Part shown: positions 39,293-41,486 of the stretch, in pieces
Layout: every line of letters begins with the position of its first letter
Numbering within the stretch: position 1 is the stretch's first letter
Source: Archaeoglobus sp. JdFR-37
GTDB taxonomy: Archaea > Halobacteriota > Archaeoglobi > Archaeoglobales > Archaeoglobaceae
Reading direction: 5' to 3'
Assembly (NCBI GenBank): GCA_002010215.1
Contig: MTMY01000034.1
Span: 1-41,486, forward strand
Length of the DNA: 41,486 nt
The notes under the pieces: model-generated
The model's database searches: none
What the model saw: the letters and a program-made list of their open reading frames with translations, nothing else
Told to the model about the DNA's origin: nothing
Translations under genes and position numbers: made by a program

Positions 39293-40513
39293 ATGAGGGA
39301 AGTGTGGGCATTAATACTTGCAATGCTATTTTTGATGGCCCCGGTTTCTGCAGCAGACTATGCGGGCAGTGATGCCTGCAAAACCTGCCACAAAGATATC
39401 TGGGAGGATTTCATAAAAACAGGGCATCCTTACAAACTCCGACCAGTTGACGAGGCAAGGCAAGGTAATGAAGAATACGGTATCAGAAAAGTGACGGAGC
39501 TTCCTGAGGGAGTTTCATGGGATGATGTTACGTACGTGATCGGTGGAGTGTGGTGGAAGACCAGATTTGTTAATAAAACTGGTTACATAATAACGGGAGA
39601 TGCAGTCCAGTACAACCTTGAGACAGGAGAGTGGGTGCCATACCATTCAGGAGAGGTTAAACCCTACGACTGCGGAAAGTGCCACACCACCGGCTACAGT
39701 GAAGAAGGACATCAGGATGGTCTGCCGGGAATAGTAGGTACATGGGCGTTTCCGGGAATTGAATGTGAAGAGTGTCATGGGCCTGCAGCAGAACATGTCT
39801 CAAACCCGACGGAGGTAAAACCCAAAGTTGATACCAGCAGTGAGCTGTGTGGAAAGTGCCACATAAGAGGATCAGCAGACATGATACCTGCCAGTAATGG
39901 TTTCATCAAGCACCATGAGCAGTATAACGAACTCATGGCATCTCCACACAAGGATCTAAGCTGTATCACATGCCATGATCCACACAAGAGCGTTAAGAAT
40001 CCGATGGTTGAAGATGCAATAAAAATGGAATGCAAGCAGTGCCATAGTGACGTTGCAAAAGAATTTGAAGAGAGTGCCATGGCTAAAGCTGGAATAGCAT
40101 GCATTGACTGTCACATGCCTTTCGCAACCAAGTCAGCGGTTAAGAGGGCTGAATTCAAAGGAGATATAAGAACTCACCTCTTCGCCATCAATACTGATCC
40201 GAATGCACCTATGTTTACTGAGGATGGCAAATACACTGCCGGCGGATACGTAACTCTCGACTTTGCCTGCCTCTACTGCCACACTGACAAAGACAAGGAG
40301 TGGGCTGCAAAGTATGCTGCTAAAGCCCACAAATTTGAAGAGGAGAAACCAGCAACTCCGACACCCACTCCAACACCTGTGAAGACTGAGACACCCACTC
40401 CAACACCAACTCCGACCCCAACACCCAAACCCAAGACACCAGGCTTCGAGACAGTGTTCGCAATAACAGGAATTCTGGCGGCTCTTTATGTCCTGAGAAG
40501 GTTTAGATACTGA
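39293..40513 (+). CDS. PGF-CTERM-anchored octaheme c-type cytochrome
   Basis: Signal peptide; 8 CxxCH (CKTCH, CGKCH, CEECH, CGKCH, CITCH, CKQCH, CIDCH, CLYCH); Pro/Thr linker; TPGF+TM+RRFRY. Confidence 0.93.
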   Translation: MREVWALILAMLFLMAPVSAADYAGSDACKTCHKDIWEDFIKTGHPYKLRPVDEARQGNEEYGIRKVTELPEGVSWDDVTYVIGGVWWKTRFVNKTGYIITGDAVQYNLETGEWVPYHSGEVKPYDCGKCHTTGYSEEGHQDGLPGIVGTWAFPGIECEECHGPAAEHVSNPTEVKPKVDTSSELCGKCHIRGSADMIPASNGFIKHHEQYNELMASPHKDLSCITCHDPHKSVKNPMVEDAIKMECKQCHSDVAKEFEESAMAKAGIACIDCHMPFATKSAVKRAEFKGDIRTHLFAINTDPNAPMFTEDGKYTAGGYVTLDFACLYCHTDKDKEWAAKYAAKAHKFEEEKPATPTPTPTPVKTETPTPTPTPTPTPKPKTPGFETVFAITGILAALYVLRRFRY

Positions 40514-40541
40514 ATTTTTTAATTTTTTAATTTTTTATTTT
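40513..40541 (+). terminator. oligo-T terminator region
   Basis: AATTTTTT repeated three times directly after the stop codon. Confidence 0.6.
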
Positions 40542-40611
40542 AGTTAAAAGGACTAAGATAGCAGGAAGATAATTTAAAAAAGCATAATTATCGGGGTCGA
40601 ATACGTCGAGT

Positions 40612-41385
40612 ATGCTGCTATCTGAAAAAATCGATGACGTTCTCGTGTTAAAATGTGGAACTGAAATAAAAGGACAGGTATTTTACACGACGAGACTCTA
40701 TTATTACCTAAATCTTTTGATAGACACCGGATGTCCGCACACTGCCTATGAGGTAAGAGATTTCATTTCGGGCAAGGAAGTCAAAGCTGTTCTACTGACA
40801 CATTACCACGAAGATCACGCAGGTGGTGCTTTTCTTTTCGAAAATGTATATGCTCCAGAAAAGTCTCTCGAATTGCTAAGACAACCTCCTGAACTCCCAG
40901 AATACAGACAGATTATATGGGGTCAGCCTAAACCTGTTAATGCTACCCCTCTAGATGAGGAAATGGAGTTCGATGATGTTGTTGTGGAAATTATAGACAC
41001 TCCAGGCCATAGTTTCGATCATGTCAGCTTCCTGATAAATGACAAGCTTTTCATCGGCGATGTGATTGGCTCTAAAAGAGTTCTGGTGGCTATGAAAGAG
41101 GAAGACTACAAAGGAGTTATCGATTCTGTTAAAAAGATACTATCATTGGATTTCGAAAAGGCCTATGGAGGACATGTTATATTAACGAGGGGAGAGATTG
41201 AAGAATTTTTAAACTATCTTATGGATTTGGAGTCGAGAGTTAGGGAGTTATCTAGTGGAGGGGAGAGTGCTGAAGAAATCGTTAATCTCCTACTTTCTAA
41301 TGTTCCCCAAAAAGTCCTCTTGATGGAGCAGGTGAGCAATATGGAGTGGGCAAGAGTTAACCTCATTCGTTCTCTTCTTCCTTAA
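40612..41385 (+). CDS. MBL-fold metallo-hydrolase
   Basis: LIDTG, THYHEDH, TPGHSFDH, IGD, GGH. Confidence 0.85.
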   Translation: MLLSEKIDDVLVLKCGTEIKGQVFYTTRLYYYLNLLIDTGCPHTAYEVRDFISGKEVKAVLLTHYHEDHAGGAFLFENVYAPEKSLELLRQPPELPEYRQIIWGQPKPVNATPLDEEMEFDDVVVEIIDTPGHSFDHVSFLINDKLFIGDVIGSKRVLVAMKEEDYKGVIDSVKKILSLDFEKAYGGHVILTRGEIEEFLNYLMDLESRVRELSSGGESAEEIVNLLLSNVPQKVLLMEQVSNMEWARVNLIRSLLP

Positions 41386-41402
41386 TTCCCCTCCCCTCAG
41401 AC

Positions 41403-41486
41403 TTACCTCTTCAACCCCTCCCTGATCCTCACGTACTCCTCGTAGTCAATCTCTCCTCTGGCCAGCCTCTCTTTCAGGATTTCCAG
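41403..41486 (-). CDS. 3' end of a SHOCT-domain protein (partial, runs off the window)
   Basis: LEILKERLARGEIDYEEYVRIREGLKR* matches the SHOCT consensus. Confidence 0.8.
   Translation of the reverse strand: MEILKERLARGEIDYEEYVRIREGLKR

Overview
Chromosomal segment of an Archaeoglobaceae-like euryarchaeon, inferred from mer, mch, Archaeoglobus-type ino1, beta-oxidation genes, PGF-CTERM proteins and an intron-containing tRNA-Trp; the species cannot be fixed from sequence alone. Most of the window is housekeeping: thrC, taw3, archease, argG, an HMG-CoA synthase/thiolase/DUF35 operon, apgM, ychF, rqcH, bud32, a K+ channel, tRNA-Trp(CCA) with a box C/D guide intron and tRNA-Val(TAC). Most notable observations: (1) a cassette at 33.7-40.5 kb in which a BlaI/CopY-type repressor and a BlaR1/M56-like membrane peptidase sit next to ccmF, two five-cysteine CcmH-like genes and two PGF-CTERM surface cytochromes (1 and 8 CxxCH), with a shared TTTACA-N5-TG(T/A)(A/T)A(A/T) motif in three promoters, suggesting a proteolysis-controlled regulon for surface cytochrome biogenesis; (2) the thiolase of the HMGCS operon lacks both catalytic cysteines; (3) an actin-superfamily ATPase translationally coupled to an RHH/4-Cys protein and a divergent Mer paralog; (4) a 4xCBS + HPF-fold protein (Hib-like ribosome hibernation factor) in an AT-rich patch; (5) a four-gene KaiC/RAD55 cluster, a bactofilin-like gene and several pseudogenes, two of them missed by the ORF track. 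All calls are by eye from motifs; no searches were run.
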